NCBI GenBank assembly: GCA_022749935.1
Contig: JAKIWQ010000005.1
Location: forward strand, 1,422-65,421
From: Thermoplasmata archaeon
Lineage (GTDB): Archaea; Thermoplasmatota; Thermoplasmata; Lutacidiplasmatales; UBA184
Direction of reading: 5' to 3'
DNA length: 64,000 nucleotides
This document shows, one piece after another, positions 55,256 through 64,000 of this stretch. The notes under the pieces were generated by a model. That model ran no database searches. It was not told the DNA's origin and worked only from the letters and a program-made list of their open reading frames with translations. A program made the position numbers and the translations under genes. Each line of letters opens with the position of its first letter. Position 1 is the stretch's first letter.

Positions 55256-56473
55256 GTGCAGGTCGCGTTCTTCACGGATTCCTACCCCCCCATGCGGGAC
55301 GGCGTCGCGGAGATCACGGGAGGGCTCGCTCGTACGCTCGTACGGCTGGGGGTCCAGGTGCGCGTCTTCGCGCCCAACCTGACCAAGGGCGCTCCGTCGG
55401 AAGAGAGCGAGGAGAACGGAGTCTCCATACGACGCGTCCGCTCGGTGCCGGTCCCCCTCTACGGTCAGTATCGTTGGCCGCTCTTTCCGCTCGGCCTCGT
55501 CCGCGAGGCCCGAGGGGTGGCCGAGGCCGACCTCCTCCACGTGCACTCGCCGGGCGGTATCGGGAGCGCCGGCTTTCTCGCCTCGCGCCGGTTCGGTCTC
55601 CCGCTCGTCGGCACCTTCCACACGAACCTCCGGGAGATGGCGGCGAGCGTCCCCCGCAAGTTCCTCGTCCCCCAATTCTTCCGGATCGCGTGGTGGTGGA
55701 ACCTCGGCCTGTACTGGCGCTGTGACGTCGCGACCGCCCCCTCGGTCGCGGCCCGGAGCGCCCTGGTCGGGAGCGTACGGAAACCGTTCCGAAGGACGGT
55801 GGAGATCGTCCCCAACGGCGTCGACGTCGCCCGATTCGGACCCGGGATGCGGGTCCCCGACTGGCGGGTCCGGTGCGGACTTCCCCCAAACCCCCTCGTC
55901 ACGTACCTCGGGCGACTCACCGTCGACAAGGGCGTCCACCGGTTCCTGGACGCGGTGGCCGACGCCTCGGAAGTCACCGACCTCGTCGCGATCATCGGCG
56001 GGGCCGGCCCGGAGGAGTCTGCGGTCCGGACCCGGCTCGCCCAGGACCCCCGGCTCTCGTCGCGCGTTCGGTACATCGGGCCGGTGGCCGAGGAGGAGAA
56101 GCCCGCCCTCCTCAGCCAGACGGACCTGTTCGTACTTCCGTCCACGAGCGACACGTCCAGTGTGGCCCTGCTGGAGGCGATGGCGTGCGGTGCGGCGGTC
56201 GTGGCGCCCTCGACGGGCGGAGCCGCCGAGCTGGTCCAGGAGGGAGTGACCGGACGTCTCGTCCCGATGCTCGAACCCGGGGCCCTTCCTCGGGCGATGA
56301 CCGAGCTCCTGGCCGACCCCGCCGCACGAAGGGCCCTCGGGGCGCGGGCCCGGGACGAAGTGGCCCGCCACGCGTCGCTCGAAACGATGGCCCGACGGTT
56401 TATCTCTCTCTACGAACATCTCCTTGAAGCCCGGAGGGTTGATGGCGGTCGTTCCGCTGCCGGAGCTCGATAG
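55256..56473 (+). CDS. GT4-family (GT-B) glycosyltransferase
   Basis: VAFFTDSYPPMRDGVA N-terminus and E-x7-E region PSTSDTSSVALLEAMACGAAVVA. The start is set at GTG (V38 of the 55145 ORF). Confidence 0.85.
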   Translation: MQVAFFTDSYPPMRDGVAEITGGLARTLVRLGVQVRVFAPNLTKGAPSEESEENGVSIRRVRSVPVPLYGQYRWPLFPLGLVREARGVAEADLLHVHSPGGIGSAGFLASRRFGLPLVGTFHTNLREMAASVPRKFLVPQFFRIAWWWNLGLYWRCDVATAPSVAARSALVGSVRKPFRRTVEIVPNGVDVARFGPGMRVPDWRVRCGLPPNPLVTYLGRLTVDKGVHRFLDAVADASEVTDLVAIIGGAGPEESAVRTRLAQDPRLSSRVRYIGPVAEEEKPALLSQTDLFVLPSTSDTSSVALLEAMACGAAVVAPSTGGAAELVQEGVTGRLVPMLEPGALPRAMTELLADPAARRALGARARDEVARHASLETMARRFISLYEHLLEARRVDGGRSAAGAR

Positions 56474-57512
56474 CCTCGCGCACGAACTGGCCCGCGAGCG
56501 TCACGGCACGTTCTCGGAGCGGGCGCTGGCTCGCGCGTACGAAGAGTACCTCGCCCGTCGCCGGACGCCGCTCGGGCCGTTCCGTCTGGAGGCCGACGGG
56601 CACGAATGCGCCTCGTTCTACGAGCTCATCGCCGACCAACGGCTCGGCGGGGAGAATATCGAGGTCCGTCTCGAACCACCCCCCAGCAACGGCGCCCCGT
56701 GGGAGTTTCTCCGTCCGTTCGAGCGGATCCTGTTCGACGCCGACGGGGGCGCCACCGTCTACCCTCTCGGCGGGGGGACCCCGATCCGGGGGATCGCCCG
56801 ATTCCTCCTGCGCGAGCACTACCTGCTCCGGACCCAGGCCGAGGAGGACCGTGCCTCCGGCGGGGGAGCGCGGGTGTCGCTGCCGACCCAACTCCGCTCG
56901 TGGAAAGAAGGCGTGGAAGGGTGTCGCGCCCGGGGCCTCCTCCCGTTCTCGGTCGCCGTCCTCGTCTACTATCCGGAGGAAAGGATCTCCTACGACCTCG
57001 ACCTGGTCCGATCGCTCGCGCTCACGGACCTTCGGGCGGGCCGGCTCGCCGGTCCCCGACGCGTCCATCGCACGTCTCGACTGAGCTGGAAGGTCGACCG
57101 GGCGGTCGGACGCGGGGACATGCCCCTCTTGACCGCGCGGTGCCTCTTCGTCCTGGTCGAGTCCCAGGGCCTCACCGCCATCGAGCTGGCGCACGTCCTG
57201 GGAGGGGTCCGGGAGACCGTGGACTCGGCCCTCCAGGGGCTGGCCGCCCGGGGGTTCGCGACGTTCGACCGCCGGACCGGAACGTACCGGCCCCGTCTCG
57301 ACGCGTTCGAGCCACCGCCCCTGGTGGCGGGCGAACCCTTGGGCACGGCGTCGCCCCCCGGAGGCTCGAACCCGGCGCTCCGCACCAGCGTCCAGGAACT
57401 GATCGCCGCCGCCGACGCCCGGGCCTCGTGCCCGCTCTGCGGCGACCCGTTGCCCCCCGGGACGATCGGGATCCTTTGCTCGAAGTGCGCGGCGGAGGTC
57501 AGCGCCGGATAG
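56442..57512 (+). CDS. hypothetical protein with wHTH-like segment and C-terminal CxxC...CxxC zinc ribbon
   Basis: LTAIELAHVLGGVRETVDSALQGLAARGFATFDRRTGTY looks MarR-like. CPLCGD...CSKCAAE lies at the C-terminus. It overlaps the GT4 3' end by about 32 nt. Confidence 0.5.
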   Translation: MAVVPLPELDSLAHELARERHGTFSERALARAYEEYLARRRTPLGPFRLEADGHECASFYELIADQRLGGENIEVRLEPPPSNGAPWEFLRPFERILFDADGGATVYPLGGGTPIRGIARFLLREHYLLRTQAEEDRASGGGARVSLPTQLRSWKEGVEGCRARGLLPFSVAVLVYYPEERISYDLDLVRSLALTDLRAGRLAGPRRVHRTSRLSWKVDRAVGRGDMPLLTARCLFVLVESQGLTAIELAHVLGGVRETVDSALQGLAARGFATFDRRTGTYRPRLDAFEPPPLVAGEPLGTASPPGGSNPALRTSVQELIAAADARASCPLCGDPLPPGTIGILCSKCAAEVSAG

Positions 57513-57613
57513 GGAGCGGGCCTGTCGGGAGTCTCCGCCGCCGGCGGGGTGCGCCGGAAGCCTTTGAACCCGAGTTAGCTGGCTTAGAAGGCCAGTGCTT
57601 CGTCCGGGCTAAG

Positions 57614-58216
57614 CTACAGGCCCCGAGGAGGACCGGCGCGGGGACGCTTAATGGTTCGGCCGGAGGCTCGGGGGCCGGGCGCCCCGGCCGACGCGACCAG
57701 GTGCGCGAGTCGTAGCGGTTCCGGAACGTGTCCCTGGACGATCGTCCGTCGCAGGAGGAGCACCGCGTCCACGCGGCGGCACCCGACGGCGGTCAGCAAG
57801 AGACGCGGCCCGGGAGAGGGGACGGCGTAGAGCCGGTGCTGGCGCAACAGCCCCCAGCGACGCGCCGCGTCGCGGGGAAACCATCTGCGCAGGGCTGCGT
57901 GGATCGCCGGGAAGTCGGGGGCCCGTCGGGTCACCGCCACCACGGGCACGCCCACCATGCGGTGCAACCGGTCGAGGTCGAGGACGTTGAACCCCCCGAC
58001 CACGACCCCGTCGAGAAGGACCGCGCGGAGCCCGTCGAGCCCGCCGGTCGCCCGGACGAGCCGCGCCACCTCCTCCGTAGCGTCGCGTCCGTCGACCCGA
58101 ACCCGTCCGAGGCGGATCGACTCGACCCGGTCGGGGGCCGCGACGGCGACGGCCGCGACGGGGGCCCACGTGTCCTCCCGACGGAACGATCCATCGTCCA
58201 CGCCCACGACGCGCAC
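57614..58216 (-). CDS. DUF99/UPF0215 family protein (EndoV-like fold)
   Basis: VRVVGVDDGSF...VRVDGRDATE...VLLDGVVVGGFNVLD pattern of archaeal DUF99. The start is set at GTG (V161 of the 58696 ORF). Confidence 0.65.
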   Translation of the reverse strand: MRVVGVDDGSFRREDTWAPVAAVAVAAPDRVESIRLGRVRVDGRDATEEVARLVRATGGLDGLRAVLLDGVVVGGFNVLDLDRLHRMVGVPVVAVTRRAPDFPAIHAALRRWFPRDAARRWGLLRQHRLYAVPSPGPRLLLTAVGCRRVDAVLLLRRTIVQGHVPEPLRLAHLVASAGAPGPRASGRTIKRPRAGPPRGL

Positions 58217-58276
58217 GTGGGCTTTGCCGAGTCCCCGCCGCAAGGCTAAGACCCCGGAGGAAATCGGTCGGCCAAC

Positions 58277-59200
58277 ATGTCGGGACCCCTGGTCAGCGTG
58301 CGGTGCCCGACCTGCGGGGGTCCGGTCTCCGTCTACGTGGCCCCGGCCCCTCCCACCCAATGGTTTGCCTGTCCGCATTGTCGAACCCCGGTACCGGTCG
58401 TCGTGCCGCGGGACCCCCCTCCGCTCTACACGTGGGAAGTCCTGCCCGGGCTTTACCCATCGCTCCCCGCCCCCCGCGCCCCTCGATGGCGGGCCAGTCG
58501 GGCCGCCGCGGGAGCGCTCCTGAACGTCGCGGTGATCGCGGCGGTACTGGCCGCGGTCCTCGGGTACTATGCCGTCGTGGCCGACACGCCGGGGAGCTTT
58601 TCGGTGAGCGGGAATGTGGGACTCTACCAGAGCCTGAGCGGGGAGATCGTTCCGGCCGCGGGGGCGCTCGTCGTGGCCACGGACGAGGCCGGTCACAATT
58701 TCACGACCAGCACCGGCATCGATGGGTCGTTCGAGGTCGCGGGGCTCCCGACGGGCGGGGTCTCCCTCAACTTCACCTTCCCGAACTACGCCCCGGTGAC
58801 CGAGGAGGTCTTCCTTTCCACGGTCTTTTCCTCCGGAGCGAGCTCGGTGTCGGTGGTGCTCGTCCCCGGAGGGGCCTCGAACTCGAGCGCCAGTTCGTTG
58901 ACACCGTTCGCGAACGTAGAGACGTTCGTCGCCGCGATCGGGGGCGCGGTCGTGCTGTTGGGCCTGATCGCCGTCGTGGCCGCGGCGAGCGCGATCCTGA
59001 CGTACCGTTCGGACCGGCCGGCGCTCGGGGTCGTGGGCGGAGGCGCCGGCCTGCTTTCCCCGCTCGCCATCGTCTTCCTCGGCCTCGGGAGCGCGTTCCC
59101 GGTCGTGCTCGCCGTGACGGCCGTCCTGGCCGCCATCGGTGGGTTCGCCCTAGCGATCCGGACCCTCGACATCGCGCTCGTCGGTTCGGCCCCCGACTGA
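58277..59200 (+). CDS. membrane protein: N-terminal zinc ribbon, TM, CarboxypepD_reg-like domain, C-terminal TM bundle
   Basis: CPTCGG...CPHC, then helix AGALLNVAVIAAVLAAVLGYY, then the module VVATDEAGHNFTTSTGIDGSFEVAGLPTGG, then three hydrophobic helices. Confidence 0.6.
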   Translation: MSGPLVSVRCPTCGGPVSVYVAPAPPTQWFACPHCRTPVPVVVPRDPPPLYTWEVLPGLYPSLPAPRAPRWRASRAAAGALLNVAVIAAVLAAVLGYYAVVADTPGSFSVSGNVGLYQSLSGEIVPAAGALVVATDEAGHNFTTSTGIDGSFEVAGLPTGGVSLNFTFPNYAPVTEEVFLSTVFSSGASSVSVVLVPGGASNSSASSLTPFANVETFVAAIGGAVVLLGLIAVVAAASAILTYRSDRPALGVVGGGAGLLSPLAIVFLGLGSAFPVVLAVTAVLAAIGGFALAIRTLDIALVGSAPD

Positions 59201-59249
59201 AGGGAACGGTCCCATCGGCGAGACGGTCTCGGTAGGACGGGTCGAGACG

Positions 59250-60086
59250 ATGGGCATGGAACTCCGCGTCGGCTGCTCGTCCTGGACGTCGGACGCCTGG
59301 TCGGGCCGGATCTATCCGCGGGGTCTGCCGGACGGGGAACGACTCTCGGTCTACGCGCGGCTGTTCGACACGGTGGAGGTGGACTCGAGCTACTACCGTA
59401 CCCCGCCGGCGGCGATGGTCGTCGGGTGGCGGCGGAAGACGCCGGAGGAGTTCCGGTTCACCCTGAAGTTCCCCCGGGACCTCCTCGACCCGAAGGTTCC
59501 GGTCGACCCGTCGAAGGTACGCGAATTCACGGAGAACGCCCGGCACCTCGAGAACAAGCTCGGGCCGATCCTCCTCCAGTTCCCCCCGTGGGTGCGACCC
59601 GGACGCGCCCAGGCGTTCCTCGAGACGCTCCTCGGTACGCTCGACCCGGGTCTGCGGTACGCGGTGGAACTGCGTGACGCGGGATGGTTCCGCGACGCGA
59701 CCGGAGCGTGGCTGCGCCAGACGCTCACGGACCGTGGGATCGCGCTCGTCTGGTCGTTCCTGACCTACGTCGACATCCCGCCCGAGCGGACGGCCGATTT
59801 CGTCTACCTCCGGTTCATCGGCGACCACACGACGGTCCCGGCCGAGTCGCACGGCGAGGTCCGGGTGGACCGGTCCTCCGAGACCGCGCTCTGGGCCTGG
59901 CGGCTCCGCGTGCAGGAGGACAGCGCCCGACGGGCGTTCATCTTCTTCAACAACCACTATGCCGGATTCGCTCCCGAATCCGTGAACCAGTTCCGCTCGG
60001 AGATGGGGCTCCCCGCCATCGACTACGGGCGACTGGCCCGAGGAGCACGACGACTGGACGACGCGGCCGACGAAGGAACGCCCTAG
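59250..60086 (+). CDS. DUF72 family protein
   Basis: LRVGCSSWTSDAW...FDTVEVDSSYYR...FRFTLKFPR...ILLQFPPW matches the DUF72 pattern. Confidence 0.8.
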   Translation: MGMELRVGCSSWTSDAWSGRIYPRGLPDGERLSVYARLFDTVEVDSSYYRTPPAAMVVGWRRKTPEEFRFTLKFPRDLLDPKVPVDPSKVREFTENARHLENKLGPILLQFPPWVRPGRAQAFLETLLGTLDPGLRYAVELRDAGWFRDATGAWLRQTLTDRGIALVWSFLTYVDIPPERTADFVYLRFIGDHTTVPAESHGEVRVDRSSETALWAWRLRVQEDSARRAFIFFNNHYAGFAPESVNQFRSEMGLPAIDYGRLARGARRLDDAADEGTP

Positions 60087-60574
60087 CCGGTCTCGCCGGC
60101 GCGGGTCGGGGCGGCGCGACGGGCGGTCGGGAGCGGACGCCGGGCGCGGAAACCTCCGGTCAGGGTGTGGAAGTGGCCGACCTCGGGTTCCCCCCGAAGC
60201 CAACAGAGGTAGACGACCTCGCCTCCGATGTAGCCGTAGAAGTCGACCAAGCCGCTGTCGACGTCCTTCAGCTCGATCGCCTCGCGCCGAAGCGAGTCGA
60301 CCGCTTCCTCGAGTCGTTGGGTGAGGTTGGCCCACTCGGAGTCGAGTTGGGACTTCCGCTCGTGATCCGCCTGGTCGGGTGCGTCGATCTCCTTACCCCA
60401 GAACTCGCTGAGGCGGCGAAGCTCGGCCTGCACTTCGCCGAGGCGTACCGTCCAAGCGCGCAACCTGGGGAGAAGCTCTTCGAGGTCCCCGATCCGGGCG
60501 TTCGCCTCCTCGACGGTCCAGAGCCGCGGAGGGTCGACCTCCGAGGGGTCGGGAGGGGGATCGGTGCGTGCCAT
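60083..60574 (-). CDS. DUF2203 family protein
   Basis: An N-terminal coiled region followed by IELKDVDSGLVDFYGYIGGEVVYLCWLRGE...HFHTLTGGFRARRPL. Confidence 0.65.
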   Translation of the reverse strand: MARTDPPPDPSEVDPPRLWTVEEANARIGDLEELLPRLRAWTVRLGEVQAELRRLSEFWGKEIDAPDQADHERKSQLDSEWANLTQRLEEAVDSLRREAIELKDVDSGLVDFYGYIGGEVVYLCWLRGEPEVGHFHTLTGGFRARRPLPTARRAAPTRAGETG

Positions 60575-60601
60575 CAGTACCGGAAAGACGCGATAGAGTA
60601 T

Positions 60602-61879
60602 TTACGCACGTGATGGGGGCGAGGTAAGCGGGTTCGTCGGCCCCGACCCGAGCGAAACGCGTTCGACGGGCCATCCCCGGTCCCGGTACGCCCGAAGTAC
60701 CTGCTCCCCGTGTTCGGCGTCCCGGACCTCGAGCTCGACCTCGACCGTGACCTCCCCCGGCGGACGGTCGGGGGACTCCCTCCCATGGAGGATGTGGCGG
60801 ACGTTGGCGGCCTCGGTCCGAGCGACGTCGAGGAATTGCTCGAGAGCCCCCGGCACGTCCTTCAACGGAGCACGGACCCGAAGGAGGCGTCCCTCGGCCG
60901 CGAGGCCGATGAACAGGATACGGTCGAGGACGAACGGGTCGAGATTCCCGCCGCTCACGACCAGGACGACCGGTCCGTCCGCGAGCAATTCCGAATGTTC
61001 GATCACCCCGGCCAGGGGAGTGGCGCCGGCCCCCTCGGCGAGCACCTTCGCGTGCTCGAGGAGGAGGAACGACGCGCGGGCGATGGTCCGATCGTCCGCG
61101 ACCAACGCCCGCGCCTTGCTCGCCTGGAGGATCTGGAGCGGCAGGTTTCCGATGTGGCGGGTCGCGAGACCGTCGGCAAAGGTGGTGGGTCGACTCCCGA
61201 CCACCACCCGACCTTCCGCGAGGGACGCCCTCAGGGTGTCGGCGCCCGCGGGTTGGATCCCGACCAGGTCGGCGGTACTCCCGCGCCCGCGAACCGCCGC
61301 AGCGATGCCAGCGAGTAACCCTCCGCCCCCGACCCCGACCACGATCCGGCGGACTCCCGGCAGGTCGTCGAGGATCTCGAGGCCCACGGTGCCCTGACCC
61401 GCGATGACCGCCGCGTCGTCGAAGGGGTGAACGTAGGTCGCTCCGGTCTCGGCCGCGAGGCGCATCGAGTGCTCGTGCGCCTCCTCGTAGTCGGCCCCGT
61501 GCAGGACCACGCGCGCGCCGAGCGCCCGGGTGCGGCTCACCTTGAGGGGAGAGGCATTCTCCGGCATCACGATCGTCGCCGGAATACCCCGCGCCCGCGC
61601 GGCCCAAGCGACGCCTTGGGAGTGGTTGCCCGCAGAGGCGGCGACGACCCCGCGTGCGGCTTCTTCCGGGGAAAGGCCGAGGATCTTGTTGAGGGCGCCC
61701 CGCAGTTTGAACGCCCCGGTCCACTGGAGGTTCTCCAACTTGAGGTAGATCTCGGTGGTAGGAAAGCCGGGAAACTGCGGCGCCCGTACGAGCGGAGTGC
61801 GTTGGACCTTTCCGGCGATCGTCCGCGCGGCCGCCTCGATCGCGGACAGCGGTACGGGAGTTTCCGGCGTCGCAGTCAT
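60602..61879 (-). CDS. ilvA: threonine ammonia-lyase (threonine dehydratase) with C-terminal ACT-like domain
   Basis: PLP-lysine motif TGAFKLRGA and GAGNHSQG-type loop (SAGNHSQGVA). The start is set at M69 of the 62083 ORF. Confidence 0.85.
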   Translation of the reverse strand: MTATPETPVPLSAIEAAARTIAGKVQRTPLVRAPQFPGFPTTEIYLKLENLQWTGAFKLRGALNKILGLSPEEAARGVVAASAGNHSQGVAWAARARGIPATIVMPENASPLKVSRTRALGARVVLHGADYEEAHEHSMRLAAETGATYVHPFDDAAVIAGQGTVGLEILDDLPGVRRIVVGVGGGGLLAGIAAAVRGRGSTADLVGIQPAGADTLRASLAEGRVVVGSRPTTFADGLATRHIGNLPLQILQASKARALVADDRTIARASFLLLEHAKVLAEGAGATPLAGVIEHSELLADGPVVLVVSGGNLDPFVLDRILFIGLAAEGRLLRVRAPLKDVPGALEQFLDVARTEAANVRHILHGRESPDRPPGEVTVEVELEVRDAEHGEQVLRAYRDRGWPVERVSLGSGPTNPLTSPPSRA

Positions 61880-62051
61880 CGACGATCGGCGCACGAGGGA
61901 CGCTCCGCCATTAACCGTTCGGGTATCCACCGACCGAAGCAACACGGCCCGCTCTCTACGCGCGCGTTCAGAGAGTTGGGGCCCCGGGACCATTCTCTCG
62001 CCGAGCCGGACGCCCTCTCCGCCGAGGTTCCGGCGGTTTTCGTAGCCGGCG

Positions 62052-62058
62052 TTATATA
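62052..62058 (+). promoter_or_regulatory. TATA-like box TTATATA upstream of the uL3 operon
   Basis: AT-rich element about 50 nt upstream of ATG 62109. Confidence 0.45.
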
Positions 62059-62108
62059 GGGTACCTTTCTCCCCCGTCCCCACCGGAGGCAGGACCCCCT
62101 ATCGACTC

Positions 62109-63107
62109 ATGGCCCGTCATCGTCCACGGCGAGGTTCTCTCGCCTTTTCCCCACGTTCACGTTCGGCCCGGCCGGTCCCTCGGATCCGCTCCTGGCCCCC
62201 CGGACCGAAGGCGCCGGCGCTCGAGGGATTTGCCGGTTTCAAGGTCGGGATGACCCATGCCTTCCTGGTCGATTATCGAAAGCGATCCACCACCGCCGGC
62301 CAGGAGGTCTCCGTGCCGGTGACGGTCATCGAGGTACCCCCGCTCCGAGCGGCGGGTGCCCGCGTCTACGCCAGCACACCCTACGGGCGGCACGTGGTCG
62401 CGGAGGTCTGGGGAGATGGACTGATTGACGAGCTTGGTCGTCGGATCCCGACCCACCCGGCGAGCAACGCGGAAGCGCTCTCCGCGTTCGGCGCCTCGTC
62501 CGGCGATGAAGTTCGGGTGATCGTCTACACGCAGCCCCACTTGCTGACGGGGATGGGCTCGAAGACCCCCTCCCTCTTCGAGGTCCGAATTTCCGGGGAG
62601 AAGTTTGAAGAGCGCCGGGCCTTCGCGCTCGCATCGCTCGGGAAGGAGATTCCGGCCGAGGAATTGGCCAAAGAGGGCGAATTCCTGGACGTACTCGGGG
62701 TCACCAAAGGATTCGGGTTCCAGGGCCACATCCAGCGGTGGGGCGTGAAACTCCAGCCCCGGAAGAACTCGAAGCACCGCCGGATGATCGGGACCCTCGG
62801 CCCTCACAACCCGAGTTTCGTCACCTACCGGATCCCGCAAGCGGGACAGCAGGGGTACCATCGTAGGACTCAATTCAACATGCGCGTCCTACGGGTCGTC
62901 CGGGACCCTCGGACCGACCCGATCACCCCCGCCGGAGGTTTCCCGCACTACGGCGAGGTACGAACGGCGTGCATACTTTTGCACGGCTCAGTTCCCGGTC
63001 CGGCGAAGCGACTGCTCCGGTTCCGCTCGCCGCTCCGGAGCCGCGTCGCTACGGTGGAGAAAGTCGATATTCGCTACTTGAGCACGCGCTCGAAGCAGGG
63101 GGCCTGA
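62109..63107 (+). CDS. rpl3: ribosomal protein uL3
   Basis: PRRGSLAFSPR N-terminus with FKVGMTH and GFQG motifs. It is the first gene of the conserved L3-L4-L23 order. Confidence 0.95.
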   Translation: MARHRPRRGSLAFSPRSRSARPVPRIRSWPPGPKAPALEGFAGFKVGMTHAFLVDYRKRSTTAGQEVSVPVTVIEVPPLRAAGARVYASTPYGRHVVAEVWGDGLIDELGRRIPTHPASNAEALSAFGASSGDEVRVIVYTQPHLLTGMGSKTPSLFEVRISGEKFEERRAFALASLGKEIPAEELAKEGEFLDVLGVTKGFGFQGHIQRWGVKLQPRKNSKHRRMIGTLGPHNPSFVTYRIPQAGQQGYHRRTQFNMRVLRVVRDPRTDPITPAGGFPHYGEVRTACILLHGSVPGPAKRLLRFRSPLRSRVATVEKVDIRYLSTRSKQGA

Positions 63108-63940
63108 TGACCGAAGGGGCCACTGGCGAAGCCGCGGCTCCGACCGAACACTCGACGCCGCACCACCGGGTCCATCTCGTGGGCCTGGATGGAAAGCAGG
63201 GCACCCACCAGGTCACGCTCCCCCTCGCATTCTCCCAGACCATCCGCCCCGACCTTATTCGGCGCGCGGTCGTCGCGGCGCAGTCCCACCGTCGTCAGCC
63301 GTATGGGACGTCACCCACCGCCGGACTCCGGCACTCGACCCGGTGGTCGGGCAAGGGGAAAGGCGTTTCGCGAACGCCCCGTCTGATGGACTCCATGCGG
63401 GGAGCGCAAGCCCCGAACACGGTCGGAGGACGGCCCGCCCACCCGCCGCGCGTCGAACGGATCTGGACGAAGAAGATCAATCGGAAGGAGTCGAGGCTCG
63501 CGTTCGCCTCGGCCCTCGCGGCGACGCGGGACAATGAGCTCGTCACCTCCCGCGGACACGACCTCCCCGACGGGATCCATCTTCCGCTCGTCCTCGAAGA
63601 CCCGGTCGAGCAGATCCAGTCGACGAAGGAGGCCCGCGCCCTGCTCGAGCGATTGCATCTGTGGGCCGACATCGAACGGGCCCGCGAAGGCACCCAGATC
63701 CGGTCGGGCAGAGCCCGGCGCCGCGGTCGGGGGCGACGCGTGCCCCGGAGCGTGCTGGTCGTGACCAGCCAGCCGGGACGGGCCCTCGGTTTTCGGAACC
63801 TCTCCGGGGTCGAGGTCGTCACCGCGCAGCGACTGGCGACCGAGGACCTCGCTCCGGGCGGCGACCCGGCGCGGCTTACGCTCTACTCCCACGCGTCGCT
63901 CGAGTTGCTCCGCGCACGCCTCCGTGAGGCGAGCGCATGA
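63107..63940 (+). CDS. rpl4: ribosomal protein uL4
   Basis: RRQPYG...GKGKGVSRTPR motif. Its ATG shares one base with the uL3 TGA. The start is set at M47 of the 62969 ORF. Confidence 0.9.
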   Translation: MTEGATGEAAAPTEHSTPHHRVHLVGLDGKQGTHQVTLPLAFSQTIRPDLIRRAVVAAQSHRRQPYGTSPTAGLRHSTRWSGKGKGVSRTPRLMDSMRGAQAPNTVGGRPAHPPRVERIWTKKINRKESRLAFASALAATRDNELVTSRGHDLPDGIHLPLVLEDPVEQIQSTKEARALLERLHLWADIERAREGTQIRSGRARRRGRGRRVPRSVLVVTSQPGRALGFRNLSGVEVVTAQRLATEDLAPGGDPARLTLYSHASLELLRARLREASA

Positions 63941-64000
63941 GCACGCTCCGACACCGGATCATCCTGCACGCGTACGTCACCGAAAAGTCGATGGACGAGA
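63937..64000 (+). CDS. rpl23: ribosomal protein uL23 (5' partial, runs off the window)
   Basis: MSTLRHRIILHAYVTEKSMDE, with an ATGA overlap on the uL4 stop and the expected gene order. Confidence 0.7.
   Translation, partial: MSTLRHRIILHAYVTEKSMDE

Noticed and set aside
57513-57613. Short hairpins (CTGGC-ttagaag-GCCAG, flanked by TTAGC/GCTAA) between convergent genes.
   Set aside because: The stems are only 5 bp, there is no oligo-T tract, and there is no C/D or H/ACA box pattern. This is most likely incidental secondary structure.
1-64000. A search for CRISPR arrays, tandem repeats, IS elements and known defence or toxin-antitoxin modules.
   Set aside because: I saw no regularly spaced direct repeats, transposase or integrase motifs, or recognisable defence gene signatures on either strand. 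This check was by eye only, and a repeat finder or HMM scan would be more decisive.

Overview
This is a GC-rich archaeal chromosomal segment (roughly two-thirds G+C by eye, not computed). It is densely packed with mostly housekeeping genes on both strands. Archaeal markers include aEF-1beta with an HVO_2753-like zinc-finger micro-protein, TiaS, AglB, eL41, an Sm-like protein, CTP-dependent riboflavin kinase, a PAC2 proteasome chaperone, the HMG-CoA synthase/thiolase/DUF35 trio and the start of the uL3-uL4-uL23 operon. Thermopsin and DUF835 suggest a Thermoplasmatota-like lineage, which is inference only. Metabolic genes include sucCD, coaBC, a leuA-like/leuC/leuD/leuB cluster, two-subunit 2-oxoacid:ferredoxin oxidoreductase, citrate synthase, nadE, hisS, dnaK, a cysteine desulfurase and threonine dehydratase. 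Genes are frequently chained by 4-nt GTGA/ATGA stop-start overlaps, and several start codons sit about 25-35 nt downstream of AT-rich TATA-like boxes. I found no CRISPR array, transposase, integrase or recognisable defence system. The most unusual items are listed here:
- A 2,202-aa AglB whose catalytic core is fused to a ~1,265-aa sequon-rich, tail-anchored beta-sandwich stalk, translationally coupled to a second sequon-rich surface protein.
- A tRNA-Ala(GGC) with a 32-nt insertion in the T-loop.
- A leu-like operon extended by a second thiolase/DUF35 pair and facing an OFOR.
- Micro-genes missing from the ORF track (eL41 and a 49-aa zinc ribbon).
- A 16-bp perfect palindrome in the only strongly AT-rich island.
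Coordinates I derived myself (internal starts, motifs, tRNA) may be off by 1-2 nt. Many long ORFs in the track are antisense or alternate-frame artefacts of the high GC content.
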